Source of the DNA: Vermamoeba vermiformis
Lineage: Eukaryota
Length of the DNA stretch: 64,000 nt
Assembly: GCA_045837725.1 (NCBI GenBank)
Contig: JBEWZL010000302.1
Span: forward strand, 62,001-126,000
Direction: 5' to 3'
Part shown: positions 24,317 to 37,752 of the stretch, piece by piece
How the letters are laid out: each line of letters starts with the position of its first letter
How positions within the stretch are numbered: the first letter of the stretch is position 1
Program-made: the position numbers and the translations under genes
The notes under the pieces: generated by a model
What the model was told of the DNA's origin: nothing
The model's input: the letters and a program-made list of their open reading frames with translations, nothing else
The model's database searches: none

Positions 24317-26624
24317 TTAGTTAAATCCGTGGCCGTGCTGCACGTGATGCTCGTCCTCGCTCATTGAAAGGCTCTCGCGCATGCTGGCCAATTTTCTTTG
24401 CTTTTGAACCACTTTTTCTACGAGATCCGTTCGTACTAACGTACCAGTATACTATAAAAAAATTATAAGTCTCACGATAAACGAAAGAAAGATGGAAATT
24501 GACACGTGTCATCAAGTGTTCAAACCTAGACTGTTAACGAGGTGACACGTGTCATCAAGTAAAATATGTTTCCTCTTAGTAAAAGTCACAACTACGTACC
24601 AAGATTCGAACGAGCATGGCCAAAGTGATAGGACAAATGACGGCAAAATTCAAGACCGGGATGAAGACGAAAACGACTCGCCAGTACCAATTCAATTCTT
24701 CTCGAGCACTAATTGTATAGTACGAGACCATAGCGCAGTATACGGCCAATAAGAACAAAATGCCTTGGAACATGCGGATGTAGATCAGCGGTTGATGGAA
24801 CATGATCAGCTTCAACTTGGGTGAAAATCTTCGCAAAGCTTTGACGTTAGGATGGAACGAAGATTTGGTGCCGTGGTTGATCACGTGATCATCTTTCTAT
24901 AAAAGGAAATTATCGTCAGATCCAATCTTAATCATAAAATTTTTTGCTACTTACGTGTCCTTCAATATCATCCAATAGTCGTTCTTTTTCCGCTAAAGTT
25001 GATTTTCGCTCATTTCTAATAAAAATATCCATATTAATGGACTTGCTAAAAGGGGAAAAGTCGATCTGTTGGATCTTACCGCAAAATTCGATTGAGGACC
25101 ACTCGACATCTGAAATAGAAAGCTAATTGCAGAGTAGTCGTTACGACACCTGTCAAAACTAATGCAATAGCGCCTTGCGTGTTCTCAAAATCAATAACCT
25201 ATTTTTGGATCCGAGGTTAGAAATGAATTCAACAGAGATTTTCCTAATTTAGTATACGTACCAAGTATCTGGCCCAATTAGCCCATACGGACAATAGCAA
25301 CATGAGCCATACACTCCAGTGAATATGAATCATAATCACGATTACTTCGCGCATGCCGTACTTCAAGTACAAAAAAAACGAAAAATCTTCGTGCATTTTT
25401 TCACGAACGATCAATCCATCACGTAATCTGATTCGTACGTGATATTGTTACCAAATATGGAAATATTTTAGGAATCGAGTGACTTACACGTGATAGTTGA
25501 GTTTGCTGGTGTAATATCTTTGACGCAAGTGTGAAACAATGTTGAAGATCCAAACAAACCAGTTCATATCCTCTCGGCGCAAAGCTTCAGCAGTGTGCTT
25601 CATTTGCCATTTTACTATAAAAGGAAAGGACATATTATAATGAGAACTTGTTCGCGTCCATCACCCGAAATTTGCTCTGCCGTAAAATTTTGGCCGAACA
25701 ACTAATGTATGATAAATATGAGGGGCAACGGAAAATTTCCTAATATGGAAATAAAGTTGATGACTTACGATGGCTATGTTTTTCAGTACTGGAAAAATAT
25801 CTCGAGATGAGTACGTGCAAGAGAATCAAGTACATGCATATTAATATATACAGTACCATCAACTCGAACAAGAACATGTGGACTTTTTCCCATAAAATAT
25901 CCGTCAATTCTTCGCAATGATCGTCTTCTGCATCCGTTAAACGGAGGAACACTTCTTGAATCTTCTCTAGCGCAGTTGTTTGCTTCAATACAAACATAAA
26001 GAATGATATAACACCAATGATCATCAGTTCTAAGAATTGTTCAGTTAATAAGCGAAATATTCCAGATCCGTTTATTTCGCCGGAAATTTATTCAGTAGAT
26101 AATATCAAAGGGTAATTTAATTATTTTTATGCTCTTACCTTTGTATACTGCATTAATGATCTTCATAATATGCGAAAATCGACCCCATCTCTGCAATAAA
26201 AAATTGATCAGATCCGATCGCAATTTAATTTTGTTAAAATTAGGTTTAACTTACTGACTCCACTTTGTGCGTTACAAATTCTATCAAGAACGAGAAGAAA
26301 ATCAAGATAGTGATAAATATACTAGCAAGAGTAACGTTCTGGCGTATACTGGGATCGCACTCGGTTTCTGCAATAAAAATTAGCTTAATTAACTATCCAA
26401 TTAATTTTTCTAACGGCCATTAAGGGTCGATTATCTGTTGGATCGAAACTATATTATTGTAATTTAGTACTAAATATTTAAAAAAATATTAGTTTTGTTA
26501 ACCCTGATTATGACGTTGTTAACACGATTCCAAGGATTAAAGTGTAATGATTACCTGTTAAATGCCCTAAAGGGAGAGTATGCTCATTATTTGCCGTTGT
26601 AACGATATCTCTAATGGTATCCAT
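24317..26624 (-). CDS. MLO-like multi-pass membrane protein
   Basis: Spliced: FSFLIEFVTHKVE, NAVYKELMIIGVISFFMFV, EKVHMFLFELMVLY, FSFFLYLKYGMREVIVIMIHIHWSVW. These parallel the MLO motifs KEELMLLGFIS, LHIFIF and FDFHKYI..ISxxLW. Confidence 0.75.
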
Positions 26625-26826
26625 TCACAGTCCGGTCTTGATTAATAGGACTGGTATGGCTTGTGGTACAACTACAAAAAATCTAAAATTTTGACCGCTG
26701 CTCCGTTCCTTGAAATCGATTCGGAAAAACAGAAAAAAGAACAACATCCAGACTTTTCTGTTTCTATTTTTGGCGACAGTACATAAGGAAGAGATCTTTA
26801 TTTACAACATAAAAAAACGATGTCTA

Positions 26827-28524
26827 TTAATAACTTCTTTCTTCTGGCTTTTTATAAGGCACGTCTAAAATCTCGAAAACTTCTTGCTCGCTTCCCACGG
26901 GTATTGGATCTCCAACCTCGCCGGTACTACCAACTGGAAAGATGCCATATTCACTTAATGTGTAGCCCTTCTTGAGTGCAACGACGCGCAATTGACGATT
27001 AAATTCGCCAGAGCCTGTGAAGTGGATCAAACCGGGGTAAAATGACTCGGTCGGGAACAACTTAATGTCGATCCGTCTTGCAGGATGATCTTCGTCCTAA
27101 TATGATGTAAGTATAAGGCTACTATATGCATATAATAATACTTACTAGTCTGCAAACGCCCATATATTTGAATAATCCTTGACTTAAATCATCGATCAAA
27201 AATTTACGCTGCTTCAACTTTTTGACGATCTTTTCGACCAATGGCGGTGCTTTGCCCTTTTGTTTTTGTTCATAAGTATAATCAGGGTGGGTTCTATTAT
27301 ACAAAAAAGTTAATGCCAGCCTGAATTAATCTTGTGATACGGAGTTTACGTACAACAAAACATCGACGTCACCGCTGGAGGGAAGTTTTCTACGGTAACT
27401 TCCACAACACTTAGCTGTAATATTTTCATCAATTTCTTTAGCCACTTCAATAACAATATCCTGTATAATACAATTAGACCTATACGTCTTCGTAAAACCT
27501 CAGGTCAACTTGAAACTTAAACTTTTCGTTTCGTTGTAAATCTGGATCCGCACCTTTAATTTCTTGATTTCTTCTCTAGGCACACGTTTTTCAAAGTCAT
27601 CGAAGTACTTCAAACCGACTTGTTGGTGATGTGTCAGCTTTACATTTTTCTCTTTGAGATCTTCAAGCGTTCGTACTCCTTCTTCAAACACAAGTTTTTT
27701 AGCTAACGCCGGCCTATTTAATTTGTAAGGTACTATAATAATAAAAATAGGCTTCGTTTGAGGCTCACCCTATGCCAGTAATGCGAGACAACAGATTCAG
27801 TGCCTTAATGTGCTCGTCGTTATTATCTTTATCAAGCCTAAATAGCAGAAAAATATTAATAAGAGACTTAAGCAGGTTTTATTTTGCTATGACTTACCGA
27901 GTCAAAGCTCCTGTCTCAAGGATCTCGTCAATCTTTTTCGCGATCTTTTCACCGACACCCGGTAATTCTAATCCAGTCTTAATACTAATACCATATATCA
28001 TAGCTAAATCAATAGGTGCGCTTACTTTTGGCCTCTTTGCCAGAGGTTATTCTTTGGGGATGCGCTTTCAGCGAGTTGGCTGCTGTCACGTAAGCTTTAT
28101 ACTTGTACAAAGCTCCTTTGTTTTTTTCTATATTTCCAAGCTCTAACGAATTCAATCGGTTAGTATCACTCGCCGTGACAGATGCGTCCAAAAATCTCAA
28201 TTATTGTTAGATAAATTTTAAAACCGATTCTTGTTCGTGCAAAATGCTTCTATATTATAATTAGAATAATAACGAACCTAATAAAATTTTTGTGATGTCT
28301 TCATTAAAGTTTTCGTGCAAGGTCGGTTGTAAGTCCAATACTTCAGATTTGTTCGGTGTCTTTGCCTTCTTAGTGGCTGGGCCTTTATTTTTTATCGATA
28401 CTTTTTTGGTTTCTTTCGCTCCAGCCCCGCTGCCTTCATCATCGGAAGAGGCAATCTGATCAGACTTTCGCTTTTTGGGGTTTGACTTGGTATCTGGTGG
28501 TGAACGCGTAACGAACTTATCCAT
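26827..28524 (-). CDS. POLB: DNA polymerase beta-like (family X)
   Basis: HhH LPGVGEKIAKKIDEILETG, ITGIGPALAKKL, HHQQVGLKYFDDFEKRVPREE, CCGSYRR..SSGDVDVL, KYMGVCRL, RRIDIK, HFTGSGEFNRQLR, KGYTLSEYG. Confidence 0.95.
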
Positions 28525-28755
28525 GTATGTGATCGCGTTGAAAGTTAATAAGAAAGGAAAACAAGCACACGATTGATTTTATATTGCGCGATTTCCTCGA
28601 ACTGAAATTTCCCGGAAGAGAGCTAAAAATGGAACTGATCACGTGCCTCCAGACGCCGTCCGACCCCCTTTGGTACAAATTTACATGCACCGCTTAGTAT
28701 AAAGGCATGTAGTTTATTTAATATGACTGCAGAGGTCGTATAGGATTGGATCCCA

Positions 28756-29217
28756 CTACATTACCAAATAGCTCATAGCATGAAGACCCACCAATAAAAA
28801 TGTAAGAATAGACACCGATTCGGATGTCGCTCCGTTGAAAGGATAGTTACAAAGATCTGAGGAACAGCAAGTAGCGTTTCGATACCATTTCCAAACCTCC
28901 CAATGGTCAGGTATGTCAGAGCACACGCCAGCACTCAATACGCCATAATACCATGTATACGTTGCATTTTGGATGCTTACTGCGTCGCAGCCACCATAAC
29001 AATCATTGCTGGAATTTGTGCATCCAGTACACGTAGGTTTTTCATACCGGAAGCACCTATCGTCGGAGTCGATACGAGGAGGCACATAAATAGTGCCAAT
29101 ATTAGCAGGATCGGTGCTATTGCCTTGGTAACAACGAAATCCGCCCTCACAGTAAGAAAAATTCACCACAAACGCGATTAAAACCAATATGACCAAAAGA
29201 AACTTCTGCATTTCCAT
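28756..29217 (-). CDS. Small secreted Cys-rich GPI-type protein with Ly6/three-finger-like CCxxDLCN end
   Basis: Single ORF with signal peptide, 10 Cys in the mature region, CCSSDLCN and a hydrophobic C-terminus. Confidence 0.75.
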   Translation of the reverse strand: MEMQKFLLVILVLIAFVVNFSYCEGGFRCYQGNSTDPANIGTIYVPPRIDSDDRCFRYEKPTCTGCTNSSNDCYGGCDAVSIQNATYTWYYGVLSAGVCSDIPDHWEVWKWYRNATCCSSDLCNYPFNGATSESVSILTFLLVGLHAMSYLVM

Positions 29218-29594
29218 CCTTTCGTCCTACTCAGATTAGTACGTATTCAAAGATATGAAATAACGAAAATTAGATCAAGAAAAATTTCTCGTCTCCATAT
29301 TCGGCAATTTTAATAATTATTATATTAGTAGAACAGTAATTTGTCATTGTAGCAGAAAAATATTGTCATTGTTATTAAATCCCAATTTTGGATCGTTAAT
29401 GGCAGCCACCAATGGCAGCGTAGCTTCTACGAAGATACAATACAGCGAGTAAATCGCGTAGTACTGCTTAGTATTACTCGTTGATCAATTACCTTTGTGT
29501 TTGACTTCGCGTTGACTGCTGAAAAAAAGATTGCGCTCAAGTTTTTTTATTTTTCATTTGCAAACCAAACAGAATCAAACAAACATCATCTCAA

Positions 29595-30469
29595 ATGGAC
29601 GTAAGTTCATCCTCGTGTTATTTTTAATATTCTCGTTCGGTTTTTCTAATTTTCCCTTCTCAAATCCTCGCAGCCTCAGAAAATCCTCGGTCACTTGCTT
29701 AACCAAGACGAAGAAGGCAAGAAATTCCTTCGCCTCGGTGCCTCTGGCTATATGGGTATGTATACATAATCATAACAAAATAGATTCTCTCAATAAAAAT
29801 TAAATTGAATATTTCAATGGTGTCTGATTTATTTTCTGACAATCCTTTTAATCAGTCGGCATCGGTGCTTTGGCTGTCCTCGTACCCGGCTTGCTTTTGG
29901 GCTTTTTGGGTGGCGGTTTCTTCCCTGCTGGTACCACTACTGACTTCTTCCAAGTAAGTAGCATTGCTAAATCTGCAATTTTTTTCTAATCGCGCAAATT
30001 TTGGCCGTAGCGTCATACCAGCACTTTCAGACGCTATCTTGATGGTAGCGGAATTAATACAATTTTTTTTGCAATTTTTTTCGTTCCGGATGCGTTCTAA
30101 CTTGTCGGTCTTATAAGGCTTTTGGCATCGTCTTCGCTGCCCTCGGCTATTTGTACTACATCTCTGAGAGTAAGTAATCATATTAAGAGGCAGACTGGAA
30201 TTCAATTCGGCTATTTTTGTCTCGCCGACAGTCGTACTGTAGCCTGCATCTCCGCCAACTCAATTTTAATTCAATTCTTTATTTTAGAGTGGCCTGAAGT
30301 GCCCAAGAAGGAAGTTACCACCGTCATTGGCGGCGTTTTCGGTTTGTTGGCTTTGTGGAACTTGATGGTTTTGTTCTGGGGTTACGAGATTGGATTCATG
30401 ATCTTCTTCAACTTCCCGATCAACGCTGCTTTTGCTTTCTTCCACGCCAAGCAACTCCACTTGATTTAA
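29595..30469 (+). CDS. Small multi-pass membrane protein of unknown function
   Basis: Micro-exon ATGGAC followed by GT-AG exons encoding hydrophobic helices; ends FFHAKQLHLI*. Confidence 0.6.
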
Positions 30470-30836
30470 GTCAGTACTTTTATAATCTAAACTGTGTATA
30501 GAATCAATCAGAATGGCAATTTAGCTTGCATTCTTGAAAGATTTATAGCGCTAAGTTATTTGATCATATATAAATATATTTTTAAGCAAATAATATTCCT
30601 AAATAATGAAGAAATGAATTTATTAAAATTAACATAATTTCAACGCGGATCGTGTCAATATTCCGCGTCTAACTACGGAGTAATAATTACTCATAGAATC
30701 GAGTATGTTATGAGTGTACTTATGATGCCTTGTACTACGACTAAGTAATATATAGAAGACTAAGGTGAGCTCCGTAAGTTCAGAAAAATGGCTAAAAGTA
30801 GCTTTACAAATCTAAAAGTACAACGATAATACTAGA

Positions 30837-32392
30837 TTACAATATAATACATTGGCATCGTTTATCCGGCTTTGGACCAAGACCGAGATCGTCAGTTGAT
30901 GACGGAACTTGCGCAGCTTGTTGGCTATTACTTTGGGCAGTAACAGGATCAGATGTTGAGGTTGATGCGGATTCAGGAACGTGTCTATGAGTAAGAGTTG
31001 AAGGCTGATTCGAATTGCCTTTTCTTGTGTCATCCTTTTCTTCTATTAATAAGCTCTCGTCGCTCAAGTTATCATCGTCCATCGAAACCAGCGCGAGTTG
31101 TTCGCGAAGGTAATTAGCTTCGTACTTCAACGCTTCAATCTTTCTGTTAGCATTGGCTAATAATTTTCTAGTCTCTAATAACTCTTCGTAAATCTCATCG
31201 TCGGTTAATTCGTCCACGTGGAAACTGTTTGGAGCAAGATCCAACTCCCAGTGTTTAACTTTGGCTGAGAATGAGGCTAAAAGGCATTTATTAGAATTAA
31301 AATAGGTAATAAGTAATAAATGAATGGAATAATTCAAAATCGGAGTTACTCAAAACGAGATGTAGTTGATCGATCAACTGAATTTGCTTAGATCAGTCTT
31401 AAACCATCGATCGTTTCGTGCAAATTAATCGATAATCAATACTATGCACAAAACGTATTTGGATTTCTTTAGTGACGAAGTACTTACGAGCTTCCAGAGC
31501 CGGCGTGGATGTAACTTTGATCTCTCCTTCGGTGATTGAAAATGCTCTGAATTTAGATAGTGCCTCTAAGTTGGCTAATACTTGGGGCATATTTTTACGA
31601 AGATGTAAGTCCGTTATATCAAACAATTGGCTCGGTGGCATTCCAATCCGAGCGCAAGCTCTCAAATACAATTGTATATTGGCCTGTTAATTAGTAATTA
31701 GCATAAAATAATATACATAATTACGATATTAAGGAGACTTACTGTTTCTCCGATTGCATGCAACTTTTTGCCGTCCTTTTCAGCTGGATTGAACTGACGA
31801 ACGATACCCGGGCGCAATTTGTTCATTAACCTATAAAATACAAAATAAGTAAATATGTGTATTCTGGTAACGCATTTAACTTCGTATTCGACGCAAATTG
31901 GGCCAATAGAAATCGAGATCGAAAAGTGGCAAAGCTTGATCAAATTCAATTCGCTTAGAAAAAGGAGAAAGAGCGAAATATAATAATATGATTAATTACT
32001 ACGCTGGATTTACCTGCAAAGCATGACTCCGCTTTTTAACGACGTGTGCAGATCTTCCACGTTTTCTAATTTATCTTCTAAAATGCTCTCAATCCATTCA
32101 CCTATTTTTCTTTCGAGCAGCGGATCCTCTTTAGCTTTAATCTATAATAAAAATTCAATTAAATTTAAAAGTTGAAGGAAATTTATTTTCTTTCGTGATC
32201 TTCGGGGTTAAAAATAGACAGAGCATATTGATTGAGTAAAGCGATTAAATACTCGAGTATAGCCTAAGAGTATAATATGATTAATACCTTTAAATAATTC
32301 TCCGCGTCCATGCCATACAACTTCCGTCCATCTGCGGTTTCAACACCGCCAGTGTAATTGGCAATGTTACGCTTCTTGATTTTTTCAGACAT
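30837..32392 (-). CDS. Calponin/transgelin-type CH-domain protein with coiled coil and CaaX tail
   Basis: YGMDAE, IGEWIESIL, SLKSGVMLCRLMNKLRPG, NIQLYLRAC..GMP..QLFDITDL...NMPQVL; ends KRCQCIIL*. Confidence 0.85.
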
Positions 32393-32555
32393 ATGTATGT
32401 TGCTCTATTGTATAAACACTGCTTTAAGAATTTCAGATCACGCAACAGCGGTTCACAAAAGAAATTTTTATCAAGTTTAATTTTTGACGGTTTTTGTCGC
32501 GTGGATCGAGTGAATTATTAGTTTCAGATATTATATACAGCACATATACACCACG

Positions 32556-34721
32556 ATGGAGATCAGCAAAGATAAGATCGTTGAATTGGGCAAGCTCGTT
32601 TGCGACGAATCTGCCCCGATGGCACGAAGGATGCGAGCGGTGTTTACTTTGAGAAATATTGGCGGCAATGAATCAGTCGATGCTTTGAGACCATGTAAGT
32701 AATATTAAATTCATATAATAGTGAAAAACAAATTCATGAAAGTGGATCTGATCCGGTTTTTGATATTCTAAAAAATTTCTCTCCATTACAACGCATAAAA
32801 TAATTCAATAAATTACAGATCATTGATATATTTAATTTTTCTATCATTATAGCAATATTTATTATATAAATAATGGCTTGGAACATTTTCTAATTTGGAT
32901 GTAGCGTTACGCGACGGCTCAGCCTTGCTTGCTCACGAAGTTGCTTATTGTATGGGTCAAATGAAGAACCCTCATGCTATCTCTTATTTATCAGATACTC
33001 TTAAAGACAAAACTCTCAACGCCATGGTTCGTCACGAGGTAACGCATGATCCAAATCCAAGTTCATGGCTTAAAAATCATCAATATCGGTTTTTACATAA
33101 ATTTACTAATATACGTGTTACTGACAATACGATACTACGTTAAGGCTGGTGAAGCTCTTGGCGCTATTGGAGATCCGGTCGCTTTGCCAATTTTGGAAGA
33201 ATATTTAAAGGACGAGCTTCCTGAGGTATGTAATTGCAATATTGAGGATAAATATTACTAAATAAGGAAATATTTTTAAATGCCTAACGAGTAATTCTGA
33301 CATTTTTTTTGCCAGATCCGCGAGACTTGTCAAGTTGCAATTGATTTGATTAACTGGAAAATAGAAAATAAGTAAGTAATGTCCTATTTAAATTCTCATA
33401 TGACATATATGCTTATATTATATTAATAGGGAAAATGCCGACGCTAATGGCAACAATCCAGTGTTTATGTCGGTAGATCCAGCGCCCGCTGAAGATTTTG
33501 AAACAAAACAAGCAGCACAAAAGGCGCAAATTGAAAAACTAAAGGGACAATTATTGGACACTAAGCTCAGCATATTTAAACGATATAGAGCTTTGTTCGC
33601 GTTGAGAAACATTAACACTCCTGACGCCGTACTGGTGAGTTTTCACTGAACACGAAAATATTACCATATATGGAAATTTTGTCGATCTTGCAACATAATC
33701 TTCCTTTTCGACGGTTTACTCGATCGGCTTTCACGAACGAAAAAAATTGTTTGATGTGCTTTCGCTAATTAAACACCTTTTCCTTTTTAGGCAATTTGCT
33801 CGGGTTTCAAGGACGAAAGTGCTTTGTTCAGACACGAGATTGCCTACGTATTGGGTCAAATGCAACATCCAGTCTCAATCCCTGCCCTCGCTGAAGTCCT
33901 GAAAACTAAAGAAGAGCACGCTATGGTACGTACGAGCGTAAATTAGTGCAAAGCTTGTTTCATGAAACAAACGAATCTTATTGAGAAATTACGAGCGAAT
34001 TGTACGAGCATTAATTGCACCCGACATGAAATTTCATTAATCACCCCGTCTTGTTTTCACGATATTCAATTCAGTCATTATGGCACTTATTAGTCTTATT
34101 ATTTGTGACGTTCGTTGTTTGACACGTGTCAATTATCAATATTTTTACGTGTCAACCTACCTTCGTACTACCGATTCGTCCAAAGATCATCTTCTATTCG
34201 ATTTTTGCAGTTCGTTCATGAAACGCGGTGACTAACATTGCAATTATTTTCAGGTTCGACATGAAGCCGCTGAGGCATTGGGTGCTATGGGCGACAACAA
34301 GGACACGATTGATGTGGCTGAATTGTTGACTGAATATCAAGCTGATCATGCGGCTGTTGTGAAGGACAGTTGCACTGTGGCTCTTGATATTATGAAGTAT
34401 TGGTACGTACTATATTTTTTATCAAATTTATCAATTTTTTTGGTGCCGTCATATTGTCCATTCTCGACCTTGGCGCTCTATATCCTTTTCGAATTACGTT
34501 CCCAAATATATATCATAAATAAGAGCCCTCGGCCACATTACAAAAGTGTTATATAAGGACACTATTGATTAAAAACAATGGTGCTAGAATGAGCTAAACA
34601 TCGTCACTACAACACGATAAATTTTTCTTTTTCAGTTCGGCATTCTTTAGTCCTAATTGAATTACTTGTTAGGTCTGAAAATGAATTCCAATACGCTGAT
34701 GGTCTCGCTGATAAGCATTGA
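32556..34721 (+). CDS. DOHH: Deoxyhypusine hydroxylase
   Basis: [87 protein letters not shown]. Confidence 0.97.
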
Positions 34722-35420
34722 TTGCTAGCATGCTTTTTGCTTGGTATGAATAAAAATGTTTCTTTTCCAGATCTAGAAATAGAACTTATAACTATTATCA
34801 TTTTCAACGGTACGGCCATTACAAAATAATTTTTATGTCGCTCGTGATCAATTACGAGATTACATTTTAAGCAGCGAACAAATTGACAACACAAATCACG
34901 CTGCATTAAAGTGATTTAAAAATAAGGCACTGAATTTACGTAAACCCTTTTTTGGCTAATGATTATCGAGAATAATTATCAACTATGTGATACGAGAATA
35001 TTATTAGTATAATTACTAAAGCTCTATGTACATCATTATTTAATTTGACACGCAAATTTTTTCTTTTCTATCGCGATAGATCTGGGTTACTTACTACGGC
35101 GACTATGACGATCAAATCTGCTTGTGCTTCATTTTAATTACGAGACGTTTATCATAAGTGATTAGTCCATACTATACATTTCTTAAATCATGCCCCACTC
35201 GCTACAATCACGAACTTTCTGTTTGTAACGGATCAGGTAATACCGCAGTCTGTTTGGCAAGCGTATATGATTGTAACTGTATGGATGACTATAGAGTGAT
35301 TCCAAGCGGAGATTGAAAAACTAATTAATTTGAGTTCGTGGGTCACATTGACATTCGTGACACGAGACATTAATTAAAATTTGTAAGTGGTTTGGGTCAA
35401 TTAATTTTATTATTAGATCA

Positions 35421-36323
35421 ATGCGATTAACACTTATCGTAGTATATTTATTCGCTGCCAGTTGCTTGGCTGCACCGCCAGCGTATTACCCTTTTGGACC
35501 GCAAGCGGATGTACCTGAAACTTCTCTGCTTGGGTGGAGGCGCTGTTGGAACACTAGCTACGCGTCAGAAGATCCTAATACTACTGATATCACCACTATG
35601 TATGGAGCTTGCACGGGCGACTACTTGTTATACGGATGTCGAGAAGACGGCGCTACGAATCTAGCAGTTCTCGCTGCCGGTCAAAGAACAGCCGTATTAA
35701 ATGATACTGGTAATGCAACGGATTACCCAACATCTGTTACGAACAATAACGGAGTGGATTGGTACTTCAACCGATGGAGCTCGATCGGATTCGCTAAAGA
35801 AGGAGATGCGATCCTAAAAGACAGCTGCGACTTCGTTAATGGTACTTATCCCGACTTGAAGCTTTGTTGGCGTGCAGGTAATATATATTCCGATCACATT
35901 CTGTGTACCAATTAATTAACACGTAATTTTACAGGAAATGGCGACAACAAATATTTGTACGGCGGTACTCGTTGTGGATCTGCTACAGGCATTTACGAAG
36001 GCTGGAATCGGGAAATTTGGATGCCGGATCCATGTGGCAACAAGAATGAAGGCGATTATTGCGATAATGGCAGTACTTGCACGATCAACACTTGCCGATC
36101 GGGTGTTTGCGTTAGCGGATCTGCTGTGACGTGCACAGTACCTGAAGGCTGTTTAAGCTCGACATGTAACGCTAAGACTGGTCAATGCGAGGATTTTTGT
36201 CCTGATCCAGAAGCTACTCCAATTGAAAACAAATTGCCGCCGACAACCGAAGTTACATCTAGCGCAGTGCAGATCTGGACATTTCAATTTGTATTTATAC
36301 TTGCTATTGAAGCATTAATCTAA
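35421..36323 (+). CDS. Secreted/GPI-type protein: conserved Cys domain + Cys-rich repeats (paralog of 38214-39420)
   Basis: Signal peptide; YYPFGPQ..GWRRCW..C.GDYLLYGCR..NGVDWYF..SIGFAKEGD..CD..LCW..RCG; CDNGSTCT repeats; hydrophobic tail. Confidence 0.8.
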
Positions 36324-36615
36324 TATTAAAATTTAATTCATCCAAAGGAATAAAGGATTATGCGTACCGAATGAAAATTGTACTTCGTACTGGATTTGGG
36401 GTACTCGTGGAATTGAACAGCCACCGCACCAGAGACTAGAATTGAAAATATAAAGAGACTATTATCCTCATTATAGATGTTGTGCTCGTACTCTTTGGTG
36501 CTGCATTTAAACGTGAATTACATTTTTTTGGTTTGGACGGCAGATGTCACCCTCACTTTTTTTTTCACTTTGAAACGGATGCAATATAATCGTAATAATT
36601 ATAACTTACCTATTG

Positions 36616-37621
36616 ATGGGCAACAAATCAACAAGCTCCAAACAGAAAAAGAAAGTCGGTGGAGCGGAGCCGATCGCACTTCCGTACTTGCCAATGGAAA
36701 TGTGGGAGATTGTTCTATCACATTGCCCACCAAAAATGTTGATTTATGACGTGCCTTTGGTATCAAAGATATGCAAATCAATCATGAACAACCTTTGGAA
36801 AATTAAAATTAGACGAGATTATCCGGATCTCAAAGAAGAACCGTTTGATAATGATAGTTGGAAGGAATTATATTTAGGTGCGTGTTAAGAATTTTTTTTG
36901 TATTTTTTCTGATTTTTCTGGAGAGGTTTGACTAGATTTGAATTAATTTTTTTCTCGAGATCAGGTCCGCATAAATTGTTTCCGCTCATGGGATTTATAA
37001 TTACAAAGACAACATTCAAAGAACTTACCAAAATAAAGGGCGCTATCCCAGAGCTCACAGATACCGACTACACCTTCTCAAGATGCACCATTGACGACTA
37101 CGTATTTCACTGTAATTCTCGAATATTTACGAAAATAGAGTTGATTTATGGGTTAGACAATGCTATTCCAGAGTAAGTTGTGCTGTTCTTGAAAAATCGA
37201 AAAATTGATCTAACGTACCGGAACTTTCGCTAGGGATTGGCAAAGGCAAGGATTGAATTGGATGAAATCCGTTAACGAGTACATAGAATTATTTAAACGG
37301 AGCTCCGGCAATTATTATGCAGAAGACCCACCAACGTATGATAAAAGAAAATGCCGACTCAGTTCGGTCGTAAAACAACAGATCCAAGAAAATACTATAT
37401 TCTACGAAATAGTATTGGTATTCGACAAAGTACGATCTGAAGCAGGCCCCGAATACTGTAAGTCTACAAAAATACGTTTTATTAAACTAATTTAACTTTT
37501 GTAACGAACAGTTAGAGACGCGCCATTCACGTTGGAATCGATTAGAGTGCAATCTTATTTACCAGGAAATTTTTACGACATTTTAATCGAACGCTTCAAT
37601 TTGAGACTGTGCTCTGGCTGA
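36616..37621 (+). CDS. F-box protein with putative N-myristoylation/polybasic N-terminus
   Basis: MGNKSTSSKQKKK, then LPYLPMEMWEIVLSHC...VPLVSKICKSIMNNLWK; four exons. Confidence 0.7.
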
Positions 37622-37649
37622 CACGACATTCATCGACATCAAGATGGTG

Positions 37650-37752
37650 CTATTGAATGCACCGTGGCTGCAGACTGCTTGAGCCTGACGTGCAATGCAA
37701 TTACTGGTCAATGCGACAACCAATGCCCACCAATCGCATCACTTGTCAAAGC
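37650..37752 (+). pseudogene. Fragment of the Cys-rich GPI protein gene family
   Basis: CTATTGAATGCACCGTG...ACTGGTCAATGCGACAACCAATGCCCACCAATCGCA closely matches 39221-39325 but lacks upstream exons. Confidence 0.75.
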
